DNA of 63,913 nt, counting the filler, from Octopus bimaculoides (lineage: Eukaryota): the NCBI RefSeq assembly GCF_001194135.2. It is 5 parts of 5 records of this genome, joined end to end, with 100 filler letters (N's around TTAATTAATTAA, not from the genome) between each part and the next. Parts side by side here need not be neighbours in the genome. Positions count along the whole stretch, not along the records: positions 1 to 13,101 come from NW_026341538.1; 4 more parts are not named here. One strand, 5' to 3'. The notes beneath the pieces were generated by a model that was not told the origin of the DNA, searched no databases, and was given only the letters and a program-made list of their open reading frames with translations. Shown piece by piece: positions 1 through 11,125 of the stretch; within the stretch, counting starts at the first letter, position 1; each line of letters starts with the position of its first letter. A program made the translations under genes and the position numbers.

Positions 1-43
<43 letters not shown>

Positions 44-208
44 TTCTTTACTCTCTTTTACTCTTTTCAATCATTTGCCTCACATGGCTTTGGTCAGCGC
101 TGAGGCTATAGTAGAAGACACTTGCCCAAAGTGTCAGGCAGTGGGACTGTACACGGAACCATGTGGTTGGTAAGCAAGGTACTTACCACACAGCCACTCC
201 TGTGCCTA
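44..208 (-). mobile_element. SINE family A, internally deleted copy
   Basis: Matches the head (ccacacagccactcct, cacttgcccaa) and tail (tactcttttactc) of the copies at 963-1368 and 6305-6720. Confidence 0.75.
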
Positions 209-221
209 TATATATATATAT

Positions 222-300
<79 letters not shown>

Positions 301-340
301 TAGTAATAATGACAATAATCCTTGGATGGAATTTATAAGC

Positions 341-416
341 ATTAAGAACTTTGTTTATGTTAATTTTGAAAAATAAAAGAAGTATTAAAAATAACCCACA
401 TTATTTATGGAATGAG
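341..416 (+). mobile_element. 3' end and TIR remnant of the mariner family seen at 37648-38810
   Basis: attaagaactttgtttatgttaattttgaaaaataaaagaagta...cattatttatggaatga aligns with 38733-38806. Confidence 0.75.
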
Positions 417-962
417 CAGCCAGTCAGACAGATAGATAGACAGATAGATAGATACTGATTAGATCTTACAGCGTGTTAGCCAATTTTATCATAGTACCAT
501 TAGAGGTTAAGATACTGTGAAAAAAAACATAGGGTAACAGTCAACCAGTTGTAAGATATGGATTCACACACACACAGACTGACCCCTGATGATACTGTGA
601 TGGCATAAAAGAAACAGCCAGCCAGCTGTGAGGCCTGAATCTAAATCAACACACATACACATTATGTATACACACACACATCTGACTTCTGATTATACTA
701 TGAACCCACAGAGAGAAAGAGACAGTCAACCAGCTGCCAAGTTGGAATCTAAATTTATACATCATTCATTATTTGTAACTCCCACATTTCCATGCTTGCA
801 TAGGATCAGAGATTCCTATGACCAGGGGCTGCTAGTAACATGTGACTCTGTGACTACAGTCTGTTACCCAACAACCATAGGTGTATTCAGTTGAGCTTCC
901 AATTCTAAGTATGAATTATTAGGGTCTGTCTGTGCAGTTGATAAGAGCATTTCTTATGAGGT

Positions 963-1368
963 TTACTCTTTTACTCTTTTACTTGTTTCAAGTCATTTGA
1001 CTGCGGCCATGCTGGAGCACCGCCTTTAGTCGAGAAAATCGACCCCAGGACTTATTCTTTTGTAAGCCTAGTACTTATTCTATCGGTCTCTTTTGTGCCA
1101 AACCGCTAAGTTACGGGGACCTAAACACACCAGCATCGGTTGTCAAGCGATGTTGGGGGGGACAAACACAGATACACAACATATACACACATACATATAT
1201 ATATACATATATACGACTAGCTTCTTTCAGTTTCCATCTACCAAATCCACTCACAAGGCTTTGGTCGGCCCGAGGCTATAGTAGAAGACACTTGCCCAAG
1301 GTGTCACGCAGTGGGACAGAACCCGGAACTATGTGGATGGTAAGCAAGCTACTTACCACACAGCCACT
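963..1368 (-). mobile_element. SINE family A (tRNA-derived head, CORE-like segment, internal microsatellite, AAAAGAGT tail), full length
   Basis: Reverse complement of 6305-6720; B-box-like ggttcagtccc; caccttgggcaagtgtctt recalls the MIR/CORE start. Confidence 0.85.
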
Positions 1369-1451
1369 AGGTTAGAACATCAACTTTAATAAGTTGTTTG
1401 TTATTAGCAGGTAGGATTAATTTAGTTGGGCTGTTAAAATAACAATATGCA

Positions 1452-1653
1452 TTCTTTTACTTGTTTCAGTCATTTGTCTGTGGCCATGCTGGAGCACTGC
1501 CTTTAGTCGAACAAACCGACCCCAAGACTTATTCTTTGTAAGCCTAGTACTTATTCTGTTAGTCTCTTTTTGCCAAACCACCAAGTTACAGGGATGTAAA
1601 CACACCAGCATCAGTTGTCAAGCAACGGTGAGGGGACAAACACAGATGCACAA

Positions 1654-1701
<48 letters not shown>

Positions 1702-1842
1702 CAGGCTTCTTTCAGTTTCCGTCTACCAAATCCACTCACAAGGCTAGAAGACACTTGCCTAAGACGCCACACAGTGGGACTGAACCCAGAACCATGCGGT
1801 TGGGAAGCAAGCTCCTTACCACACAGCCAATCTTGCACCTAT
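1452..1842 (-). mobile_element. SINE family A copy
   Basis: Colinear similarity with 963-1368, with a central (TA)n. Confidence 0.85.
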
Positions 1843-1877
1843 CAATATGTATGTTGGAGTGGTTTCTTTTTTTTGTT

Positions 1878-2258
1878 ATCATCATCATCGTCATTTGACA
1901 TCCTCCTTCCATGTTGGCATGGCTCAAACCGTTTGATAGGAACTGGCCAGGCAGAAACCTGTACCATACAGGTTTGGGCATGGTTTTTACAGTTGGATGC
2001 CCTTCCTGACACCAACCATCGCCCAGAGTGAGGTGAGTGCTTCTTGTGTGGCACCAGTGCAGGCAAGGCCAGTTTTGGCATGGTTTTTACGGCTGGATGC
2101 CCTTCCTGACACCAACTATCCCCTAGAGTGAGGTGAGTGCTTCTTGTGTGGCACCAGTGCATGCGAGACCAGTTTTGGCATGGTTTTTACAGCTGGATGC
2201 CCTTCCAAATGCCAACATCTTTACAGTGTGGACTGGGTACTTTTTAGGTGGCACCTGC
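1878..2258 (-). mobile_element. GAT-tailed retroposon family D with three internal 100-bp tandem units
   Basis: ggcatggtttttac(a/g)gctggatgcccttcc recurs at 1977, 2077 and 2177; (ATC)n tail at 1878. Confidence 0.75.
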
Positions 2259-2712
2259 AACGGCTTTTTCAAATAAGTTACGTAGCAATCTTCTCTAACT
2301 ACAGTTATCACATTCGGTTAAAATGTCTTATGGTTAAGCTGGTTCCTATGTATTTCCCTGAAGAGAAGATTACATCCTTATCAACATCACCTATTCCTAT
2401 GGAAGGTATAATTTGTAATCTTTGAAACATATGTTGGAAATAAAAGAATTCATTTAACATATGCGTTTTACTCCAAGTAAAAGAGTAAAGGGGTCCTTAG
2501 ACAAAAAAATGGTTGAGAACCACATCTTACATAGTTCAACCTACACATGTTGATGTGTGTAAAACAAAATAGGAATTTTGAAAGAAGTTTCCAGAAAAAC
2601 TAGTTTATTAACCATCAAATGGCTATGGGAGGTCCACCAGAATAAAATAGTAATCAGAGGGTTCATAGATAAAAAGTGGTTGAGAACCCCTGATCAAGTC
2701 AATCAACAATAT

Positions 2713-2915
2713 TTCAGAACAGCCATGCTCGAGTACCAGGCTGTTGGCAGGCATAAAAGGGACAGGCTGAAGATTGTTTGGCAGCAGAGGTTTCAAGATG
2801 ATCTGAAGATGGTCCACATTACATGGAATGGGGGTGTGCGAGAGGAGCAACTGACTGAGCCCAGTGGAGGAAGTTTGCTGCCCAATGTGCCAAGGAGTGC
2901 AGGAAGGCTTAATGT
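2713..2915 (+). mobile_element. RTE-clade LINE C-terminal fragment
   Basis: Translates AMLEYQAVGRHKRDRLKIVWQQRFQDDLK then, after a frameshift, QWRKFAAQCAKECRKA*, typical of the RTE ORF end. Confidence 0.6.
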
Positions 2916-2967
2916 TAAAACTAACGCAACCACCACTAAAACCATTAACTTTCACCATATGTCAACT

Positions 2968-3350
2968 TGTTGGCACTCCGTCGCTTACGACGTCAAGGGT
3001 TCCAGTTGATCCGATCAATGGAACAGCCTGCTCGTGAAATTAACGTGCAAGTGGCTGAGCACTCCACAGACACGTGTACCCTTAACATAGTTCTCGGGGA
3101 TATTCAGCATGACACACAGTGTGACAAGGCTGACCCTTTGAATTACAGGCACAACAGAAACAGGAAGTAAGAGTGAGAGAAAGTTGTGGTGAAAGAGTTC
3201 AGCAGGGTTCGCCACCATCCCCTGCCGGAGCCTCGTGGAGCTTTAGGTGTTTTTCGCTCAATAAACACTCACAACGCCCGGTCTGGGAATCGAAACCGCG
3301 ATGCTATGACTGCGAGTCCGCTGCCCTAACCACTGGGCCATTGTGCCTCC
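2968..3350 (-). mobile_element. SINE family C (tRNA-derived), full length, with TSD
   Basis: Head ggcacaatggcccagtggttagggcagcggact...ggtttcgattccc; TSD atatgtcaact at 2957-2967 and 3351-3361; near-identical copy at 35888-36278. Confidence 0.9.
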
Positions 3351-3519
3351 ATATGTCAACTACCACCACAACAACTACCAACACCACTACTACTACAACC
3401 ACCACAATAAGGTAAGTGACTAACAAGGCTCCTTCCTAGTGATACACTTTCTGCAGCCTCGACACTGTAGTATCAACATGACAACAACCTCATCCAGCAC
3501 CACCACCATCAACACCACA

Positions 3520-3990
3520 TACCTTCTACCGATGGCAGTGTAGGCGGTTTCTTAGTGTTTGAAGAGCATGAGGAAGAGTGACACACCCTTAAGTGGTTAT
3601 GTAAACCGACCCCTTGATGCTGTAGGGCTTTTTCTTCCTGTCTGCACTTTGTAGTTTTCAAGTGAGAGTCTGTCCATGCAATCCTGTCGTATTCTTTAGA
3701 CTTGGAGCTCTGACCACAGTGGCTGCAGTGGGCTAAGACAGCTTCAGTGACCAGCAAGTTGCAAGTGTAGTCTTTATATTGGAGTGACCTTCTCCTGGGT
3801 GAATTGCCTTACAGGGATGGAGAGCTCCAGCTACCCAGGAGTCGATGGAAGGGTGTGAAGAGGACACTGAACTGCCCCAGGGACACCACTCTTCTATTTG
3901 CTGTCAAGGTATTCACCCCAAGCCTTTTCCTTTCCCAAGGCCTTTATAAGGCAGTGAGGGGGTTGTGGTTGGAAGTTTCTCCCACAACAT
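3520..3990 (-). mobile_element. Degenerate RTE-like LINE 5' region (5'UTR plus start of AP endonuclease)
   Basis: ggagaaggtcactccaatataaa resembles an RTE 5'UTR motif; EEKALQHQGVGLHNHL resembles the endonuclease HGVGF motif; heavily frameshifted. Confidence 0.4.
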
Positions 3991-4142
3991 GATAATTCAC
4001 CAATAACTGGGACCCTGACAGGTGCTACTCCATAGTAGACCCAGGAACAATAGTTCCACACTTCTCCAAACCCTCGAACCCCTGAATTAGGGTTCCACCA
4101 CCAGATGCAGTTTGAAGTCATACTTGGGACAATAACTTCAAC

Positions 4143-4365
4143 TATCATCATCACCATCAACATAAAACGTCCGTTTTCCATGCTGGCATGGGTTGGACGG
4201 CTTGACAGGAACTGACAAGACCTAGAGTCACACAAAGTTCCATTATTTATTTCAGGCTTGGTTTCTACAGCTGGTTGCCCTTCTTAGCACAAACCACTTT
4301 ACAGAGTATACTGGGAGCTTTTTACGTGGCCCCAGCACCCATACCAGTGCTTTTTATGTGGCACC
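4143..4365 (-). mobile_element. Family D retroposon copy
   Basis: aaacgtccgttttccatgctggcatgggttggacg...ctacagctggttgcccttc is the reverse complement of the D 3' end. Confidence 0.7.
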
Positions 4366-4383
4366 TTGGCCTTAGGATCTTAA

Positions 4384-4604
4384 CCCTTTAGTGTTCACAT
4401 TATTCTGCCATAATTAATGCTTTTTTATCCACATTGGTTTGAACTAATCAAGCATTATCTCGTAGCTATGAGATTTTGATGAGGTAACTGTTAATTTTTA
4501 AAACCATATTGTAGGGTTGGTGTGAGAGACCAGATCTGGCCAGTTTGAACATAGAATAGGCAGAATACTTTTGGCCGGATATGGCCGGTTTAAATGCTAA
4601 AGGG
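4384..4604. mobile_element. piggyBac-like MITE
   Basis: TTAA at 4380-4383 and 4605-4608; termini CCCTTTAG / CTAAAGGG; related copy at 45721-46021. Confidence 0.85.
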
Positions 4605-4627
4605 TTAATTCTACTGTGGTATATGGG

Positions 4628-4765
4628 TCTCATTGAGTACAGCAATGCGCCACATACCTCGGTCCTCTGTCATCTCCATCATAAGGTTCAGTGGTTTAGG
4701 ATCGGCCTTCAGCACCTCATCCCATGTCTTCCTGGGTCTCCCTCTTTCATCAGAACTTCTTACAA
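4628..4765 (-). mobile_element. RTE-clade LINE C-terminal fragment
   Basis: Minus strand reads RGRPRKTWDEVLKADPKPLNLMMEMTEDRGMWRIAV. Confidence 0.7.
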
Positions 4766-4800
4766 CAACAACATGTAAACACACACAAAATAAACTACAC

Positions 4801-5119
4801 CAGGGGTTTTCAAACTTTTTGACTTGCGGACCCCTTTATATTTCAGGCTTTACCACACCACACCACTAACGCTATACTGATCACACCAAATCATAATTTT
4901 ACCACCCCCTTATAAACGCTTATGAAATTTATACATAAATATTTGCTTAAAATAACATATATTTTTTACATTTATTTATTTAACAGTATTTAACAAATAG
5001 GTTTATTGTCAATTAAAAGATTTCGATTAAAAAACACACATAAAATCAAATTGCCCATAAAAAGTATTTGCTGTCCACGGACCCCCTGTGGTCCGCGGAC
5101 AACAGTTTGAAAACCCCTG
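4801..5119. mobile_element. hAT-type MITE
   Basis: TIR caggggttttcaaact / agtttgaaaacccctg; perfect 8-bp TSD aactacac (4793-4800, 5120-5127). Confidence 0.9.
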
Positions 5120-5770
5120 AACTACACAACCCGCTACCACCACCACTAGTCATTATACAACAACAACACTACTACTACCACCACCCATACACCACAACAT
5201 TACCCACACTTTCCCTCCTGTTACGTTCTACTGCAGTGAATCTACACCACTACAACTACCACCAACACTACTACAACGACATCTACTGCTACTTCATCTC
5301 TACCACATCACCACCACCACTAATGTTACTATTAAACAAACACTACTGTTCGCAACATACCACCATAATACTGCTTCTCCTCCAACAATCAGATACCACC
5401 ACCAGTATACTGCTACCCACACCACACCACTAACGCTATACTGATCACACCACACCACTAACGCTATACTGATCACACCAAATCATAATTTTACCACCAC
5501 CACTATGCTACCACCAACACTGTACCACAATTATTACCACTACTAAACCGCTACTATCAATACCACTACCACAGCTAAGCTGCCAGCACCAACACCATAC
5601 CGATGATACTACATCACAACTACTGCTACCACAACCACCACCACCATTATGCTTTGACCACAACTAATATCATGGCCACACCATACCACTACTACCACTA
5701 CCACCAACACTATACCACAACTACTACTACTACCACCACCACCACTACACCACCCCCATCATCACCACAC
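5120..5770. repeat. (ACC/ACT)-rich low-complexity tract with a 28-bp tandem duplication at 5419-5474
   Basis: Read directly from the sequence. Confidence 0.8.
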
Positions 5771-5901
5771 CCTCTCTTCAACTGCAGAAAAACTAATTAA
5801 TATCAGGAAGAACAAGAACAAAAACGAAAAAAAGAAGAAAAAAATAAATAAATAAATAAAAAGCCAGTGTCAAGTGCCAAAAGGAGGTCACAGACAGGTT
5901 G

Positions 5902-5915
5902 GTTTCCATGGCAAC
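5902..5915. promoter_or_regulatory. RFX X-box-like motif GTTTCCATGGCAAC
   Basis: Close match to the X-box dyad, in an otherwise non-repetitive island (5800-6050). Confidence 0.35.
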
Positions 5916-6304
5916 CGGCTAATATCAGGAGGAAGTGGGGCTTGAACCTGGATCTCCTTACTGCAAAGAATGAGAGGAGGCGGTAGCCACTGAAGTGTTG
6001 GTCATTATTGGATGAACTAAAGAGGTGACATGTGATACAGAGAAACAAACAAACATGTTTTGGGGCTTAATTAAGAAAATGACAACCAGGATGTCTACGT
6101 GGTTGCTTAACTGGCTAGAAATAGCAGCTAAATCTCCTTCAAATCATATCTTACTGTCTTATATGTACGTATAGATGTATGAGCCAATGAAGGAGATCTC
6201 TGCATGGTCGCTAGAAATATCAGCTAAATCTACTGCAGACCACATTCTACTGTCTACAAGACATGGTAGAAATAGCAGCCAAATCTCTTTCAAATTACAC
6301 CCTA

Positions 6305-6720
6305 CAGGCGTAGGAGTGGCTGTGTGGTAAGTAGCTTGCTTACCAACCACATGGTTCCGGGTTCAGTCCCACTGTGTGGCACCTTGGGCAAGTGTCTTCT
6401 ACTATAGCCTCGGGCCGACCAAAACCTTGTGAGTGGATTTGGTAGACGGAAACTGAAAGAAGCCCGTCGTATATATGTATATGTATATGTATGTATGTGT
6501 GTGCATATGTTTGTGTGTCTGTGTTTGTCCCCCCAGCATCACTTGACAACCGATGGTGGTATGTTTATGTCCCAGTAACTTAGCGGTTCGGCAAAAGAGA
6601 CCGATAGAATAAGTATTAGGCTTACAACGAATAAGTCCTGGGGTCGATTTGCTCGACTAAAGGCGGTGCTCCAGCATGGCCACAGTCAAATGACTGAAAC
6701 AAGTAAAAGAGTAAAAGAGT
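6305..6720 (+). mobile_element. SINE family A, full length
   Basis: aggcgtaggagtggctgtgtggtaag...ggttcagtcccactg...aagtaaaagagtaaaagagt. Confidence 0.9.
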
Positions 6721-7000
6721 ACTGCCTTATGTATGTACATGTATGTATATATAAGCCAATGGCAGATACCACTACATGGTCAATAGAAATATCAGCTAAA
6801 TCTCCCTCAAGGCACACACTATTGTCTTATGTATGTACAAATGGTAGCGAGAGCGGGTAGAAATAGCAGTCAAATCTCTTTCAAATTACACCCTGTTGTC
6901 TTGTGTATGTATGAGCCAGTGAGGGCAACCTCTACATGGTAGTGAGATCTATCAGAAGCAGCAGTCAAATTTCTCTCAAACCTCACTCTACTGTCATGTA

Positions 7001-7045
<45 letters not shown>

Positions 7046-7048
<3 letters not shown>

Positions 7049-7190
7049 GTTAGGAAGGGCATCCAGCCGTAGAAACTCTGCCAAATCAGATTGGAGCCTG
7101 GTGTAGCCATCTGGTTTCACCAGTCCTCAGTCAAATCGTCCAACCCATGCTAGCATGGAAAGCGGACGTTAAACGATGATGATGATGATG
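7046..7190 (+). mobile_element. Family D retroposon, 5'-truncated
   Basis: ggcgttaggaagggcatccagc...ggacgttaaacgatgatgat; near-identical to 9573-9720. Confidence 0.85.
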
Positions 7191-7256
7191 AATATCCCTT
7201 GTCATGAGTTTCTGTCGGTATGACACAGGATGATGATGAGTAAAAGAGTAAAAAGA

Positions 7257-7348
7257 GAGGAACCCATTAACCCAATTTGCTGACTTTTCCGATGGCATAC
7301 AGGTGTTGTTGAATGACCAAATCCAAGTTTCTCTGCTAGTTCCTCAAT
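7257..7348 (-). mobile_element. Internal mariner transposase fragment
   Basis: IEELAEKLGFGHST...GKVSKL.WVP matches 38078-38177. Confidence 0.8.
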
Positions 7349-7634
7349 GATGATGATGATGATATATATATATATATATATATACATATATATATTTATG
7401 AGCCAATGGGGGAGACTTCTATATGGTAGCTAGACCTAATAGAAATAGCAGCCAAATCTCCCTCAAACTACACCAACTGTCTTATGTATGTATAAGCCAA
7501 TGTAGGAAACCACTACATGGTAGCTATGGCTGTTAGAAATAGCAGCTAAATCTCCCTCAAACCAAACACTGCTATTTTATGTATGTATGGGCCAGTAAAG
7601 GAGACTTCTGCACGGTAGCTATACCACAAAAATT

Positions 7635-7965
7635 CCTCATCTTGCAAGTTACTTGGTGACCCAGCTGGTGCTGGTGCCATGTAAGAAGCATCTAGTCCAC
7701 ATTGTGAAGTGGTTGGCATTTGGAAGGGCATCCGGCTGTAAAAAAAAAAAACGTGTCAAAACTGACTTCACTTGTGCTGGTGCCACCTAAAAAGCACTCC
7801 GTCCCCTTGATGGGGTCGTTGGTGTTAGGAAGGCCATCCAGCCATAAAAACCATGCCAAAACAGACACAGTAGCCTGGTGTAGTTCCTGTACCTGGCCAG
7901 CTCCTATCAAACTGTCCAACTCATACCAGCATGGAAGGCGGACATTAAACGATGATGATGACGAT
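7635..7965 (+). mobile_element. Family D retroposon variant with two internal units
   Basis: gaagggcatcc/gaaggccatcc twice; ends ggacattaaacgatgatgatg. Confidence 0.75.
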
Positions 7966-8000
7966 ATATGTGTGTGTGTATGTATGTATGTATGTATGTG

Positions 8001-8044
<44 letters not shown>

Positions 8045-8047
8045 CAC

Positions 8048-8215
8048 ATGACAGGTTTCTTTCAGTTTTTTGTATACCAAATTCCCTCACAAGGCTTTGG
8101 TTGGCCCCCAAAAGTATAGTTGAAAACACTTGTCCCAAGTGTCACGCAGTGGGACTGAACCCAAGACCATGTGGTAGGGAAGCATACGTCTTACCACACA
8201 GCCAAGCCTGCACGT
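8048..8215 (-). mobile_element. SINE family A head half
   Basis: cagtgggactgaaccc...ttaccacacagcc. Confidence 0.75.
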
Positions 8216-8453
8216 ACACACACCTCACAACGTTTTGTTGTTATTCAGATAAAATTACAGTAATTTTGTAATGCGTCACTGTACAAAATATATACACACA
8301 CACACACACGGTGCAAATGTAGTATATAGTGCAACCTACTTCAAATACATACATCATACACATACTGCACAGATACCATATACACACACAACCATGCACA
8401 CACCACACCTCACACGCATACACACACACCACTTTGTACACCACACACATCAC

Positions 8454-8521
<68 letters not shown>

Positions 8522-8818
8522 TACATACATATATACACATCCACACACATATATACACACACATATATACACCCATACATATATACACACACACACACAC
8601 ACACATATACACACCCATGTTTGATGAAAAGTTGAAGTGACAAAGCAAACAAGAAAATGCTTATTAAGTATAATTTGCTGTAAGTAACAATTAGAAAATT
8701 AATTGAGGAAATGACTATATACCTCTCACCCGCATACAGACACACACACACACACACACAAACTAATTGGTTTACAAGTGGTTGGTTGGTCAGGAATCAC
8801 ACACAAAGAGAATTACAT

Positions 8819-8866
<48 letters not shown>

Positions 8867-9265
8867 CCAAGCGTCCAATAACACTATCCGTATCACATCC
8901 TCACTTTGTTGTATTTTTGTTATTGTTTTTTGTGTATATATATATATATATATATACGTACACATCATACATGCATGCATGTGACCTAGTTATACACAAA
9001 GACAAACATATACTCACATAGACACACATATATATGTATACCCACATAATTGTTATATTAAATCTCCTACTCTAAATAATTTGTTAATTCTTTGGTAGTT
9101 GTCATGCTTATTATATTCGGTAGATAACAATTGTATTTTCACAGTATGAAATGACTTTAATTTTTCGGTAGTCTAGCTTCCATCAACTTACCGAAAATGT
9201 CATAGTGCCTATTGCTATCACTATTATCATCTTATAGTATATTATATAATATTATCATTATAGCT

Positions 9266-9351
9266 GCTATAATGGCCAAGTGGTTAAGATGCTGGACTTG
9301 AAATCCAATGGGTTATATATACCTGCACAAGTTCAAATCCTGCCTGTAGAG
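9266..9351 (+). pseudogene. tRNA-Ser(UGA) pseudogene
   Basis: GCTATAA TG GCCAAGTGGTTAAGATG CTGGA CTTGAAA TCCAA long variable arm ACAAG TTCAAAT CCTGC CTGTAGAG; anticodon TGA at 9299-9301; mismatches in D, T and acceptor stems. Confidence 0.8.
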
Positions 9352-9360
9352 ATTCATTAT

Positions 9361-9720
9361 CATGGCACCTGTGCCCAGTGTCGCCTTTCTGGCACTTGTG
9401 CCCACGGCATGTGTAAGGACTTTCGAGCAAGATCATTGCCAGTGCCTCTGGACTGGCTCTTGTGCGGGTGGCACATAAAATACACCATTTTGAGCGTGGC
9501 CGTTGCCAGTACCGCCAGACTGGCCTTCGTGCCGGTGACACGTAAAAGCACCCACTACACTCTCGGAGTGGTTGGCGTTAGGAAGGGCATCCAGCTGTAG
9601 AAACTCTGCCAAATCAGATTGGAGCCTGGTGTAGCCATCAGGTTTCACCAGTCCTCAGTCAAATCGTCCAACTCATGCTAGCATGGAAAGCGGACGTTAA
9701 ACGATGATGATGATGATGAT
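9361..9720 (+). mobile_element. Family D retroposon, long copy
   Basis: Internal ttgccagt repeats, ggcgttaggaagggcatccagc, (GAT)n tail. Confidence 0.85.
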
Positions 9721-9725
9721 AATGA

Positions 9726-11125
9726 AGGTGGTAAGCTGGTAGAATTGCTAGCACACCAGGTGAAATGCTTAGCAGTGTATCATCAGTCCTTACGTTCCGA
9801 GTTCAGATTCTGCTGGGGTCAACTTTACCTTTCATCTTTTTCTGGGGTCGATAAAATAAGTACCAGTTGAGTACAGGGGTTGATGTAATTGACTTACCCC
9901 CACCCACCAATCCCCCTTTGGGAGTTCTATTTATTTATTATATCTTTCTCCGTTTTCTTCCTCTTTAGACGAACTTTCCTACCTTTTCGGACAAAACCTT
10001 TTGTAACCTTCGTCCTGTCTTTATCCTTACATGTTTTTAATTGATATTAGCCCTTGTGGCCAATAAAACGAATTAATTATTATTATTATTGTTGTTGCTG
10101 TTGTTGTGGTTAGGGCAGTGAGCTGGTGGAATTGTTAGCATGTTGAATGAAATGCTTAGTGGTATTTTGCCCATCGCTATGTTCTGAGTTCAAATTCCGC
10201 CAAGGTCGACTCTGCCTTTCATCCTTTTGGGGTCGATAAATTAAGTACCAGTGAAACACTGGGGTTGATATAATCAACTAGTCCCCTCCCACAAAATGTA
10301 AGGCCTCGTGCCTTTAGTAGAAAGGATTATTATTATTATTATTATTATTATTAAATGTTAGCACGCTGGGCTAAATGCTTAGCGGTATTTCGTCTGCCGT
10401 TACGTCCTGAGTTCAAATTCCGCCGAGGTCGACTTTNNNNNNNNNNNNNNNNNNNNNNNNNNNNNNNNNNNNNNNNNNNNNNNNNNNNNNNNNNNNNNNN
10501 NNNNNNNNNNNNNNNNNNNNNNNNNNNNNNNNNNNNNNNNNNNNNNNNNNNNNNNNNNNNNNNNNNNNNNNNNNNNNNNNNNNNNNNNNNNNNNNNNNNN
10601 NNNNNNNNNNNNNNNNNNNNNNNNNNNNNNNNNNNNNNNNNNNNNNNNNNNNNNNNNNNNNNNNNNNNNNNNNNNNNNNNNNNNNNNNNNNNNNNNNNNC
10701 TTTCATCCTTTCTGGGTCGATTAAATAAGTACCAGTTATGCACTGGGGTCAATTACATTGATTCATCTCCACCTCCCACAAGGGCAGCTTGTGGGAAGTG
10801 GAGAGTACCAGTTACATACTGGGTCGATATAATCAACGAGCCCCCCCCCCCCACAATTTCAGGTCTTGTGCCAATCGTAGAAAGGATTGTTGTTGTTGTT
10901 GTTAGTAAGGTGGCAGGCTGGCAGAATCGTTAGCACACCAGGCAAAATGCTTAGAAGCATTTTCCTCTGTCTTTACATTCTGAGTTCAAATTTCACCAAG
11001 GTCAAACTTTGCATTTCAACTTCTTGGGGCCAATAGAATAAGTGTCAGTCGAACACCAGGGTCAATCTAATCGATTTAGCCTCTATCCCTGAAATTGCTG
11101 GCCTTGTGCCTAAATTTGAAACCAA
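9726..11125 (+). mobile_element. Head-to-tail cluster of 5-6 SINE family B copies
   Basis: gctggcagaatcgttagcac...gagttcaaattccgccgaggtcgactttgcctttcatcctttcggggtcgataaa..aagtaccagt repeated at about 9726, 10110, 10355, 10800 and 10905, separated by (TTA)/(TTG) tails. Confidence 0.85.
9913..10080 (+). mobile_element. ATT-tailed retroposon 3' segment (family F)
   Basis: Highly similar reverse-complement copy at 54041-54221. Confidence 0.75.

Larger units (their letters stand above)
6085..7622 (+). repeat. Degenerate array (about 9 units of roughly 80-110 bp) of a tagaaatagcagccaaatctccctcaaa repeat, interrupted by later insertions
   Basis: Core at about 6116, 6210, 6267, 6785, 6858, 6953, 7440 and 7536, plus a truncated unit near 7600. 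Confidence 0.8.

Noticed and set aside
3300-3350. tRNA genes at SINE heads (also 6305, 24180-24242 and 36200-36278)
   Set aside because: tRNA-derived SINE heads that continue into SINE bodies with TSDs; no complete cloverleaf.
6085-7622. Possible CRISPR-like repeat-spacer array
   Set aside because: Units are long, degenerate throughout and irregular, and there are no cas-like ORFs; the context is eukaryotic repeat DNA. The same applies to 14856-15072.
8241-9021. His/Thr/Tyr/Ile- or Cys/Val/Met-rich ORFs (also 38733-39137 and 63329-63850)
   Set aside because: Translations of (CA)n, (TA)n and (CATA)n microsatellites.
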